A DNA stretch of 47,746 bases from Octopus bimaculoides (Eukaryota): assembly GCF_001194135.2 (NCBI RefSeq), contig NC_069003.1, forward strand, positions 35,298,945 through 35,346,690, read 5' to 3'. Below the pieces are notes generated by a model. That model made no database searches. It had not been told where the DNA came from and saw only the letters and a program-made list of their open reading frames with translations. Numbering within the stretch: the stretch's first letter is position 1; every line of letters starts with the position of its first letter. The translations under genes were made by a program, and so were the position numbers. Shown piece by piece: positions 1 through 11,977 of the stretch.

Positions 1-61
<61 letters not shown>

Positions 62-699
62 CATGTTTTATGTTCGTGTATTTTTCTCTGAAAACACCCC
101 GAATTGAATATCCAGTACAACTGATTAGATAAGAGAATTACAACAGTGTGCAAAACAAAAGTACGTGGGTTCTCTCCCAACAGGGGCTCATGTATATAGA
201 TATTACAAATACGTCAGGAACAGCAATGAAACCCTTCAAAGGAGCTCACATCCCACCCAAGAAATGAACGATCTGTGTTAATCAGTTCCTGATACTGGTT
301 TCAAAATTTGGCAGAAAGCCAGCAGTTTCGGAAAAGGGCGACAGTCGATTAAATCGACCCCGGCAATCAACTGGTACTTATTTTATCAACCTCAATAGAA
401 TGAAAGACAAAGTTTTGTGGTGAAAGGCGGTGTTCCAGCATGGCCGCAGTCAAATGACTGAAACAAGTAAAAGAATGAAATAAAGAATAAAAAACTAGAG
501 TATCATAATGGTGTCCTACTTCGATGGTTGATGGTTTTTCACCAATAAAACTCATCAGAACTGGCACAGGATTACAAACTGGTTATGTAACCGACTCTAA
601 ATTTATTTCTTTGTGAGGTCAAGCATTGTCATTTAATTTTCCTCTTGACTGCTGTTATTTTGACGAGAGACATTGTTAACAGAGAAAAGTTCTGCTGTT

Positions 700-960
700 A
701 ATTTTTATGAAGCAAGTATTATTAATGGCGTACAATGTTTCCATTAAAAAACTGGCGTCACGAGAGGCGTTGTTTCAATAGAAAATATTCATAATTCTGT
801 GAAATTGTTTGGTAAGAGATATTAAAGAGTTTGATTTACGGGGTACGGCAAGCACCAGAGCCACCGCTTGCCGGTAACCCAAATATTGACCGATGAACAT
901 TCTGGGATATTCTTGGACATACAGAAACAACGAATTCGCCATATTAGTTGCGAAATATGT
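700..960 (+). mobile_element. Possible Tc1/IS630-type transposase HTH remnant
   Basis: IKEFDLRGTASTRATACR..PK(I)LTDEH resembles KFxxTGSVxxRxRxGRPxxLT; frameshifted. Confidence 0.3.
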
Positions 961-1011
961 ACAAAATATATAAAATATGTTGGACGTTGTGCTTAGAATG
1001 ATAATCGTAAT

Positions 1012-1240
1012 TCTTTCTACTAGAGGCTCAAGGCCTGAAATTTTTTTTGTGGGGGAGGGGGTTAAGCCGATTACATCGACCCTAGTACTTAACTGGTACT
1101 TAATTTATCGATCCCGAAAGGAATTAAAGGCAAAATCGACCTCAGCGGAATTTGAACTCAAAGCGTAGGTGACAAACGAAATACCACTTAACAATTCACC
1201 CGGCGTGCTAAACGATTCTGCCAGCTTCGCCGCTTTTAGA
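1012..1240 (-). mobile_element. tRNA-derived SINE, family A (near full length)
   Basis: Minus strand carries A-box-like TGGCAGAATCGTT and B-box GAGTTCAAATTCC plus a conserved GTCGA-TTTGCCTTT-ATCC-TTTCGGG-TCGATAAA-AAGTACCAG core; related copies near 294-420, 28640-28910, 31130-31300, 38140-38390, 38460-38600, 38675-38760, 45320-45500 and 47130-47260. Confidence 0.85.
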
Positions 1241-1297
1241 ATAATAATAATAATAATAATAATAATCATGATAGCAACAATACCAACAACAACAGCA

Positions 1298-1364
<67 letters not shown>

Positions 1365-1845
1365 TCACTACTACTACTGCTGCTGCTGCTGCAATAATAT
1401 TTACAATCACAACAGTAATAACTATTGCATTAGTAGTAGTAGTAGTAGTATGAAGAAAATAATGAATGATGATGATGGTGATGATGGTGGTGGTGGTGAT
1501 GGTTGGTGGTGGTTGTGGTGGCGGTGGTGGTGGCGGCCACGGCGGTGGTGATGATGATGATGATGAAGATCAGAGAGATTAAGGAGATAAATAAGATGAT
1601 GACGAAGTAAAAGTAATTGCTGCTGCTGCTGTTGTCGTTGTTGTTGCTGATGATGATGATGCTGATGGCGCTGATGATGACGACAACGACGAAGATGATA
1701 ATGATGGTGGTGGAGGTGGTGGTGGTTCAGATAGCGGAAAAGAAGTTGAAGATAAGGAAGAAGAATATGAAGAAAAATGATTAAAATGGTGAAGCAGAAG
1801 AATCTAATGACGATTATGATGATGGTGGTGGTGGCGATGAAGCGA
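1241..1845. repeat. Compound trinucleotide microsatellite field (AAT/ACT/GCT/GAT/GGT)
   Basis: Direct reading; source of the poly-I/T/V/H pseudo-ORFs. Confidence 0.95.
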
Positions 1846-2519
1846 TGGTAAATAGTTCTGGCACAGATGGGGCGCAGTGGTGCATAGCATTGGTGAGAGA
1901 TATGGCATACGGTAGAGGACAGCACCACTGGACGATGTGGTACCTAGTGTTATAGCACAGGTGACCCTAGAGTGGTAGAAAGTTACTGAGGACACAACAG
2001 CACTGATGACGAATGGTATATGAAATGGTGTGTGGTACTATTGAAAGATGGCACAGAGTACCTCTTATAGATGGTTCAGAGTACCACTGATAGAGCTGAT
2101 GGTAGCTAGTATTAGTGACCGATGGGTGTCTTACTCACCTACAAACATACATACATACATACATACACATTTTGAAAGCTGCCATAATCAGAGTAATGTC
2201 CAAAATGAACCGGGACCACTTGATTCGAGCATGTAGATGATTTAGATCTCATATAGAAGCAGTTGTTGAAGCTGAAGGTGGCTTTATTGAATAACATTAT
2301 AGAAAAGAAGATTTATTTTTATCCTCACAGCATTTTTTAAAATATAAATAAAGCTATTATCTGTTTTTTATAAACATAAATCTGTCCTCAAATATCTTAT
2401 GTACGACAGGTTTCTTTCAGCTTCCAGTTACCAAATCCACTCATATGTATATATGTATATATGTATATATGTATAAATGTATATATGTTTGTAGGTATAT
2501 ATCTTAGTGTGTGTGTTTT

Positions 2520-2735
2520 TGTATTTGTGTTTGTTCACCCACCTCCGATCGACAACCGGTATTGGTTTGTTTATGTCTCCGTAACTTAGTAGTTCTGCAC
2601 GATAGATCGATAGAATAAGTACCAGGCTTTAAATAAATAAGTCCTGGGATCGATTCATTCGACTAAAATTCTTGAATGCGGTGCCCCAGCATGGCCGCAG
2701 TCTAATGGCTGAAACAAGTAAAGTATAAAAGATAT
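2520..2735 (+). mobile_element. SINE family B 3' part
   Basis: Ends in tgccccagcatggccgcagtctaatggctgaaacaagtaaa; same tail at ~425-480 (+) and 10211-10385 (-). Confidence 0.8.
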
Positions 2736-3024
2736 TGTGCGTGTGTGTGTGTATGTGTGTACGGTAGAAAGGGTGGCGAGAGAGGGGGTGAGAGCGAGGT
2801 GAGGAGAAAGGTTAAATCAGAAGAAAGGTTAAATCAGAAGAAAGTTGTTTTTTAAATTTCTTTTCTTTATTTCGGACGAAAGAATTCGGTGACATTTTGC
2901 TTGTCGACTGAACATTGTTTTCTGTCAATAATATTTACCATGGGATTACTGATATATGCGTTATTCGGGAGCACACAATTGGTGTATTGTCTGTCTGTCG
3001 GACTGTCCATCCTACTGTCTGTCC

Positions 3025-3082
3025 GTCTGTCTGTCTCTCTCTCTATCTATCTATCTACCTACCTACCTACCTACCTGCCTAC

Positions 3083-3139
<57 letters not shown>

Positions 3140-3144
3140 CATCC

Positions 3145-3192
<48 letters not shown>
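3025..3192. repeat. (TCTA)n/(CCTA)n tetranucleotide array
   Basis: Direct reading; source of the YLSI-type pseudo-ORFs. Confidence 0.95.
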
Positions 3193-3199
3193 GTTTATT

Positions 3200-4061
3200 T
3201 TTCTCCGTGTCTGCCGAGAATGGGCGGTGGTGGTACCGCGGTGCTATTTCGGAAGAGTCTGGATCTCTTCCGACCAGTTTACGCACCGTCCTTATCAGGT
3301 CGGCCGGATTTCTTTCGACGTCTAGAGGTCTTCCTGGGAACGTCTCGACCTTTACTTTTAGTAGGGGACTGGAATGCTACCTTGGATACGCGTCAAGACT
3401 ACGTAGGTAGAGATAAGAAGAGACAGGAATGCAAATGCCTCAAAGACCTGCTCAGACGTTTCCAACTGTCTGACAGGTACCCGAATGTGCCAATGTGGAC
3501 ATGGACAAACCGCATCGGATCGTCCAGATCATATCAAGATGGAATATTGTGTAGGACAGTGGATAGATATAGTGTAGGTTGTCCATAATCTCACATAATC
3601 AGTTACACAGATCACAAATTCGTGACTTGTACGCTCGACTTAGGTATGGATCATAGGCAGGGTCCCGGATACTGGAAACTGAACGCGTCGCTCCAGGCGT
3701 GACAGGTTTACAGAAACCGGATTACCACGTTAGTTAGAAGGGCGCTGGCGGGAGCCATCGTCAACAACCGCTGGTGGCTTGCCCTAAAGAATGCAATTTG
3801 AGCAGAGTCTGTCAGGTACAGCAGAGCTTTAGCGATAGATCGAAATAGAGTAGAGGCGCAACATGGCAACAAAGCCACCATTCGGTATCTGATCGATCAA
3901 CAGGGGCGCGATTTACTCGAACCCGAAAGGATGTGTGGAGCCTTTCAACAGCACTTTGCCCGACTGTTCGGGACAAGTGGTGGGTCGGAACGCAAGGTAG
4001 ACTTTAGTGCCTACCTGCACGGCCTGCCACGACTCTCGGCAAGAGAGGCGGAGTGTTGTGA
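3200..4061 (+). mobile_element. Decayed Tx1/L1-type LINE, AP-endonuclease region
   Basis: GGGGTAVLF, LLLVGDWNA, WTW, SYTDHK and GPGYWKLNASL motifs with stops, frameshifts and internal deletions; both ends abut microsatellites. Confidence 0.85.
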
Positions 4062-4185
4062 TACATATCCACAGACATACGTTCATACATACACGTACAC
4101 TTCATACCAACACACGCACACACAAACGCACACATACAGAAACAAACACACATATATATACACACACACGCACACATTTGCAGAA

Positions 4186-4241
<56 letters not shown>

Positions 4242-4244
4242 GGA

Positions 4245-4284
<40 letters not shown>

Positions 4285-4441
4285 CAAAGGGATTAAATGA
4301 ATGAGTAAAAGAAGGGAGAAATGTTTATTAGGGGAATATTTAAAGTAGGTTATGTGTAGGGACTGAGAGAGAGAGGTGGGAGAGGGTGAGAGAGGGGAGA
4401 TGGAAGAGAGAGAGAGAGAAATGAGAGAGAGAAAGAGAGAG

Positions 4442-4478
<37 letters not shown>

Positions 4479-5343
4479 CTTGAGATTATCTGCAGAGAGA
4501 TATTAATGCGATAAACAGGCGAAAAGAGAATGAGGAATGAAATGGGAGTGAAAGTGAGAGTAAGAATTAGTGGGAGAGGGAGGGAGGGATGTGGGAAGTG
4601 TGGGAAGGGGAAGTAGAGAGAGTAAAGAGAGGGGGAAAATCAAGGTAAATTGAAAAAGAGAGGAATGCGAGAAACGCGCGCGCGAGAGAGAGAGAANNNN
4701 NNNNNNNNNNNNNNNNNNNNNNNNNNNNNNNNNNNNNNNNNNNNNNNNNNNNNNNNNNNNNNNNNNNNNNNNNNNNNNNNNNNNNNNNNNNNNNNNNNNN
4801 NNNNNNNNNNNNNNNNNNNNNNNNNNNNNNNNNNNNNNNNNNNNNNNNNNNNNNNNNNNNNNNNNNNNNNNNNNNNNNNNNNNNNNNNNNNNNNNNNNNN
4901 NNNNNNNNNNNNNNNNNNNNNNNNNNNNNNNNNNNNNNNNNNNNNNNNNNNNNNNNNNNNNNNNNNNNNNNNNNNNNNNNNNNNNNNNNNNNNNNNNNNN
5001 NNNNNNNNNNNNNNNNNNNNNNNNNNNNNNNNNNNNNNNNNNNNNNNNNNNNNNNNNNNNNNNNNNNNNNNNNNNNNNNNNNNNNNNNNNNNNNNNNNNN
5101 NNNNNNNNNNNNNNNNNNNNNNNNNNNNNNNNNNNNNNNNNNNNNNNNNNNNNNNNNNNNNNNNNNNNNNNNNNNNNNNNNNNNNNNNNNNNNNNNNNNN
5201 NNNNNNNNNNNNNNNNNNNNNNNNNNNNNNNNNNNNNNNNNNNNNNNNNNNNNNNNNNNNNNNNNNNNNNNNNNNNNNNNNNNNNNNNNNNNNNNNNNNN
5301 NNNNNNNNNNNNNNNNNNNNNNNNNNNNNNNNNNNNNNNNNNN

Positions 5344-5388
<45 letters not shown>

Positions 5389-6105
5389 AGTGAAAACTTT
5401 TGTTTCCTCTCCAGTGCCAGAAAATCCCCATCTTTGTTTAGTTCCTGACGTACACGAAGCTCAAGTGCGACCGTCTTGGATCGCTACTCACATATTTTTG
5501 ATGTTGTTGTTGCTACTACGCCACACACACACATTCACACCATACCCAAAATAAAACTCTGCGGCTGATTAGCAAAGACACATTTTCACAACACATTACA
5601 ACCGTTGATTCTAGAACTCACTATTCTTTACTGCTTCTACAACAGCCACAACTCTTCTGAACTATCAAGCTGTATGATTCCTCCGCTCAATCACCTTCAC
5701 CTGTTTCTCTCTTCTCTGTGTGAAATCTCTACGATACGTCATTCATCAAAATCCACATCTAAACACATCATCAAATCATACCTTTCCAAAGCTGCAGAAC
5801 CCTAGCATTTCCTTCCTGATCGTAGTTTCCTGTCTAACTGAGTATCAAGCGCATTAATCTAACAAGTTTTAAAGAGACTTCAAGGATTTAATTACTTAAA
5901 AATATGAACATCATAGCATTACATTTCTCAATAAATGACTGCCTATGTTTACTTCTTATCGAAAGAAACGATTATTAGCAACAATAGCCATGATGACGAC
6001 GACGAGGAAAGCGACAGAAACAAAAAGCGAAATTTAAAGAATATCAAAATGCAAGGCAAAATTTTAAAATGAAACTCAGAGTAAGAATGAAATAATTCTG
6101 CTGAC

Positions 6106-6322
6106 CTGAAACTGTCTTGGCTTGGATTAAGAAAGGACATTCTTTTCCACCTACATCTGGTCTTCTTCGGATCTCCCTTCTCCGAACAAAGAAGATCTCA
6201 TCATAACGTTCCCATTGGCTCCATTTACTAACAAGGCATGGCTTCGGCTCGTGAAGTTCGCTTGTAAAAGCTGCTAAAACAAATAACATGTTTACCAGAT
6301 ATAACATCAAGTGAAGACTCAT
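6106..6322 (-). CDS. Candidate first coding exon of a secreted/surface protein: signal peptide + reduced spondin-type thrombospondin type 1 repeat
   Basis: caaaATG; MSLHLMLYLVNMLFVLAAFTS (hydrophobic), then PCLVSKWSQW...VRRREIRRRPDVGGKECPFLIQAKTV, matching CxVSxWSxW...RxRxIxxxPxxGGxxCPxL; phase-1 donor TCAG|gtcagc after codon 72. Downstream exons not identified. Confidence 0.7.
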
Positions 6323-7957
6323 TTTGTAAGTTTACTCCGTTCTTGTTGTAGAGGAGAAGAAGCTTTGGCCGAAAGGTTAACAATTACCAGTATTTCAGCT
6401 GAAGAGGATATGGGAGTTCGTATCTTGACTTTTTGCTGAGCTTAGATTAAATCGGGAAACATATCTTCATTTATAAACCGAACAGAACAGATAAGAACAG
6501 AGAAGGAACGGTCTGGAGATGGAACAACAAACTCATGGACAGAAATGGCAAACGATCTGGAGGTTTAAGAAAATTGAATAGTCACGTGTCAAGTTAACAG
6601 GTAGATAGTTTGGTTTTGCTCGATGCCAAAATCGATTTGAACTTCTATCAGTAACTACGAAGTTTCAAAATTTGAAATTGGTATTTAGTGCTTCCGATGT
6701 AAGTTGAAGTTTAGGCAGGAGAAGAATACTTTAGTTTTGTCATGAGATGTAGAAAATGAGCAAGGACATGTGCATTGTGTATAATTTCATTTCTTGTTTA
6801 ATGATAATTCTTAGCCTTCTTTTTACAGTTTAACTGCGGTTCCTTTTCACTCCGAATTTATTTATATGTTCATCTGCAAAAAGCATTTTCAGTAATGATT
6901 TTGAAAACATCAAACATATGCAAAAATTCTCGTCTGCATTCGTGAGAGAGGAAAATACAAGTTGCCAGATTCTAGACGTTTCTACATTCTCTTTTAAAAT
7001 ACGTTTTACTATCTGTTCAATATCTATTTCCTTCCTTTCCATTTAAGCCTGTCTCTCTCTTTTTCTATTTCTCTATCTCTTTCACTACTTCTCTTTCTGT
7101 GCCTCTTTCTTTTCTATTTCTCCCCCCTCATTTCTCTGTCTGTCTGTCTGTCTGTCTTTCTGTGCATCTAAGTAAATTTTTAATGAATCTACTCCCTGAA
7201 ATATTCAGCCAATAACATTGGCTTTATACATCCTCACTTCTTTCTTTCCCATTCTCTACCTCTCTCCCTTTCTCTCTCCAAAGAAACTAGAGGGGCTGCC
7301 TAGACAAAACTATAATCCTTGAAATAGCATCGCACCAAAGCTGCACGACTGCAAACCATTTTAGCCTAAAACGTAAATTTCTATGATTTCAGCATTTTCC
7401 TTCCTTCCCACCTTTCCTTCCTCCTTTCTTTCTTTCATTATTTATTTCCTTCTTTATTCTTCCCCTTTTTCTTCCTCCTTCTCCTCTGCATCATATGTTT
7501 ATGTTTAACAATCTATCTTACACGTAACGACATATTTTATCTGTCGTCTGCTCAGTGGTTTCTCCTATAACAATACGACAACGTTATCGTCTGCTCAGTG
7601 AATTCCCTCTCACATTAACGTCACTGAGTGATTTCTTCCATTTATTTATATTATCCACTTCTACTGTATTTTTCTAAGTTTCTTTTTATGTATTCATTCC
7701 AAAGAAATTTTAACAATTTTAACATTTTCTCATTTATTTTAGAGAGTTTTTGTTACTACCATTTTCCTTCGTTTCGTATTTCCAACATCCAATTTCTGTT
7801 TTCATTGGTATGTATGTATGTATGTATGTATGTATGTATGTATGTATGTATGTATGTATATGGGCATCTGTGTGTACACACATGTAAATATTTAAGTGTG
7901 CATGTATTCATCTATTTATTTATGTATGTTTGTGTATATGAAGGTTTAAGTGCTTGC

Positions 7958-8001
<44 letters not shown>

Positions 8002-8292
8002 TCTCACACACAAATGTATATGTATACGCATAGACACATACATTTATACATATATAGATACACGCATATAAGAAAGTATGAATGTGGGTATCTACCTATA
8101 CACCCATACGCACACAGGCGTATATACACGCACTTATAATGTGTATAAAATATAATGAGTGTGTTAGTGCTTTTGTTTTTACATATGTGCATTGAGCGTA
8201 CAGATTGCACGTGTACAAATATATGAAAAGGTTGGCAGTCGTTGTACAATCTGTGTGTTTCGCTGTATGGAAGAAGTGCCATCGTTACTTAC

Positions 8293-8405
8293 AGAAACAT
8301 CAATCACTCTCGTCTTCCTTTTTTCTCTTTGTTGTTCTATCTCCTGACGGCTGATTCAACAACGTAATAAAACCACCAGGAGACGACTTATGCGTTCTTC
8401 GACCG
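8293..8405 (-). other. Putative non-coding 5' UTR exon of the TSR-like gene
   Basis: Strong acceptor (cctttctattttaaag|) and donor (|gtaagtaa); stops in all three frames; upstream of and on the same strand as acceptor tcctcttcag|6398 preceding ATG 6322. Confidence 0.4.
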
Positions 8406-8956
8406 CTTTAAAATAGAAAGGATAAATTAGGTAATGAAGTCCTAGATATACTATGCATGAGAAAGAAAAAAAAAGCGGAATGGTTTCGGCTGGAGCGTCT
8501 TTGACCATGGGCCTGGTCAAAGTTAAAACAGCCACCACAACGGGATGAAACCAAGGTCTTGTTCAAGCGAGTTAAGATATCTCATGATTCGAGAGAAAAT
8601 CTTCCCAATTGGTTTACTTACTTTCGTATAGGCTTCATAACTGTTCAGAGATGACTAAGTCTCTATCACAGCATGAACATTAAAGTTTTTAGTATATTGA
8701 AGTATATCTTGTTGAAAAACATGTACAAGTCTTGCTGTGTGACCTGACAAATACGTCATAAGCAGATCTGGGTTCCTTCTTATTTGACAAGATAAAACGG
8801 TCGTCAATTCCATACACGCGCCGTGCTGCAGAGAACTTGGGTAGATTTCTCAGGCTACATTTCACGACAAAACTATATATGTTCAATACACACACACACA
8901 CACACATCGATATCTGTTGGTATCCATATGTGCTATGTGTGTATTTATAAATATGG

Positions 8957-8998
<42 letters not shown>

Positions 8999-9690
8999 NN
9001 NNNNNNNNNNNNNNNNNNNNNNNNNNNNNNNNNNNNNNNNNNNNNNNNNNNNNNNNNNNNNNNNNNNNNNNNNNNNNNNNNNNNNNNNNNNNNNNNNNNN
9101 NNNNNNNNNNNNNNNNNNNNNNNNNNNNNNNNNNNNNNNNNNNNNNNNNNNNNNNNNNNNNNNNNNNNNNNNNNNNNNNNNNNNNNNNNNNNNNNNNNNN
9201 NNNNNNNNNNNNNNNNNNNNNNNNNNNNNNNNNNNNNNNNNNNNNNNNNNNNNNNNNNNNNNNNNNNNNNNNNNNNNNNNNNNNNNNNNNNNNNNNNNNN
9301 NNNNNNNNNNNNNNNNNNNNNNNNNNNNNNNNNNNNNNNNNNNNNNNNNNNNNNNNNNNNNNNNNNNNNNNNNNNNNNNNNNNNNNNNNNNNNNNNNNNN
9401 NNNNNNNNNNNNNNNNNNNNNNNNNNNNNNNNNNNNNNNNNNNNNNNNNNNNNNNNNNNNNNNNNNNNNNNNNNNNNNNNNNNNNNNNNNNNNNNNNNNN
9501 NNNNNNNNNNNNNNNNNNNNNNNNNNNNNNNNNNNNNNNNTATATATAGCATGCTTATTGCATCTAAAGTTGAAAGTTCACTCTGAGTTTAACCCTGGGC
9601 TGGGCTGTTCATGATTGAGATGAAAAGGGTGTTTGCAACAATAACAACAAGAAAAATAGTAAAATAGGAAAAAAAGTTGATTGGGCATAA

Positions 9691-9727
<37 letters not shown>

Positions 9728-9976
9728 CGATTCTAATATTCGTTTCTTAAAGTCGGAGAAATATATGCAATTTTGCTGATGCATGTGATTTGCTGAAGAT
9801 GATCATGTGTTTAACACCTGTGTAAACAAACAGGGGAAATATTAGGGGAGACAAATTGTTCAAGTTGATGTTGTAGGTGATATGTGACCAGATACATACA
9901 CACATACATATATAGATACATACATATATAGATACATACATATATACATATATACATATATATACATATACATATA

Positions 9977-10012
<36 letters not shown>

Positions 10013-10149
10013 CATATATACATACATATATACATATATACATACATATATNNNNNNNNNNNNNNNNNNNNNNNNNNNNNNNNNNNNNNNNNNNNNNNNN
10101 NNNNNNNNNNNNNNNNNNNNNNNNNNNNNNNNNNNNNNNNNNNNNNNNN

Positions 10150-10191
<42 letters not shown>

Positions 10192-10210
10192 GGGTGTGTG
10201 TGTCTTTCAT

Positions 10211-10385
10211 CTTTTATTTCTTACTTGTTCCAGTCATAAGATTGCGGCCATGCTGGGGCACTTCCTTGAAATTTTAGTCGAACGTTACTTATTTTTTTAA
10301 GCCTGGTACTTATTATATCGGTATTTTTGTCGAACTGCTAAGTTACAGGGACGCAGACACACCAACATCGATTTCAAGCGTAGGT
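10211..10385 (-). mobile_element. SINE family B 3' part
   Basis: cttacttgttccagtcataagattgcggccatgctggggca is the reverse complement of the tail at 2690-2720. Confidence 0.75.
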
Positions 10386-10649
10386 AGGAGGACAAACACA
10401 GACACACACATATAATATACACACCTACACACACACACAACAGTTAGCTGGAAAATATTGCATGGCGAACAGGAAATTGATCCCGTGGAGGACAGAAAAT
10501 AGACTAGAAGTTGGTCAGGTTGTTGGAGGGGAAAGTATATTGATGCGAGTGTGCGCATCTGTGCATGGGCGCGAACGCGCACGTCTGCACACACACACAT
10601 GTAACTCCCCAAAAATTGGTCAAGATTCCTTTCGTTTGTCCACTCATTC

Positions 10650-10707
<58 letters not shown>

Positions 10708-10710
10708 ATG

Positions 10711-10746
<36 letters not shown>

Positions 10747-11943
10747 AAACAAATAATAAATGAGTATATGCATATATACGTACAGGTATGTGCATACCTA
10801 CGTCTACCTGTATATATAGGTGCATATCTGGGTACAGGACATTGCAAACAAAACGTAGAANNNNNNNNNNNNNNNNNNNNNNNNNNNNNNNNNNNNNNNN
10901 NNNNNNNNNNNNNNNNNNNNNNNNNNNNNNNNNNNNNNNNNNNNNNNNNNNNNNNNNNNNNNNNNNNNNNNNNNNNNNNNNNNNNNNNNNNNNNNNNNNN
11001 NNNNNNNNNNNNNNNNNNNNNNNNNNNNNNNNNNNNNNNNNNNNNNNNNNNNNNNNNNNNNNNNNNNNNNNNNNNNNNNNNNNNNNNNNNNNNNNNNNNN
11101 NNNNNNNNNNNNNNNNNNNNNNNNNNNNNNNNNNNNNNNNNNNNNNNNNNNNNNNNNNNNNNNNNNNNNNNNNNNNNNNNNNNNNNNNNNNNNNNNNNNN
11201 NNNNNNNNNNNNNNNNNNNNNNNNNNNNNNNNNNNNNNNNNNNNNNNNNNNNNNNNNNNNNNNNNNNNNNNNNNNNNNNNNNNNNNNNNNNNNNNNNNNN
11301 NNNNNNNNNNNNNNNNNNNNNNNNNNNNNNNNNNNNNNNNNNNNNNNNNNNNNNNNNNNNNNNNNNNNNNNNNNNNNNNNNNNNNNNNNNNNNNNNNNNN
11401 NNNNNNNNNNNNNNNNNNNNNNNNNNNNNNNNNNNNNNNNNNNNNNNNNNNNNNNNNNNNNNNNNNNNNNNNNNNNNNNNNNNNNNNNNNNNNNNNNNNN
11501 NNNNNNNNNNNNNNNNNNNNNNNNNNNNNNNNNNNNNNNNNNNNNNNNNNNNNNNNNNNNNNNNNNNNNNNNNNNNNNNNNNNNNNNNNNNNNNNNNNNN
11601 NNNNNNNNNNNNNNNNNNNNNNNNNNNNNNNNNNNNNNNNNNNNNNNNNNNNNNNNNNNNNNNNNNNNNNNNNNNNNNNNNNNNNNNNNNNNNNNNNNNN
11701 NNNNNNNNNNNNNNNNNNNNNNNNNNNNNNNNNNNNNNNNNNNNNNNNNNNNNNNNNNNNNNNNNNNNNNNNNNNNNNNNNNNNNNNNNNNNNNNNNNNN
11801 NNNNNNNNNNNNNNNNNNNNNNNNNNNNNNNNNNNNNNACGGAAGCAGATTACAATCTATCTATCTATCTATCTATCTATCATGAAGAAGAAGTGGAGGA
11901 GAGGAAGAAGTGGAGGAGAGGAAGAGGTGTGGTGGGGTGATAG

Positions 11944-11977
<34 letters not shown>

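Noticed and set aside
835-945. Minus-strand peptide RSIFGLPASGGSGAC resembling a second TSR half, and a 9-bp stem-loop at ~845-875
   Set aside because: Bounded by stops, no WxxW motif, no splice sites; the opposite strand is better explained as a transposase remnant. It shows how easily TSR-like fragments arise by chance.
1130-1215. tRNA-like A/B boxes (also 42921-42986)
   Set aside because: They are SINE heads, with no cloverleaf and with continuous SINE bodies
1105-1928. Poly-Thr/Val/His/Gln ORFs
   Set aside because: Pure trinucleotide microsatellite with no splice or domain context
2806-2844. 17-bp tandem repeat GAAAGGTTAAATCAGAA (and a 15-bp duplication near 23365-23400)
   Set aside because: Only two units and no spacers; local slippage, not CRISPR or satellite
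5490-5860. Several possible phase-1 exons downstream of the TSR-like exon
   Set aside because: Weak acceptors, mutually incompatible frames and no recognisable motif, so none can be chosen
6830-7042. 70-aa minus ORF MERKEIDIEQIVKRILKE...
   Set aside because: No recognisable domain or splice support; lies in the presumed intron of the TSR-like gene
8689-8825. RRVYGIDDRFIL resembling the PRSS23/35 protease N-terminus
   Set aside because: The following CTG/TAAHC motifs are absent and the frame stops
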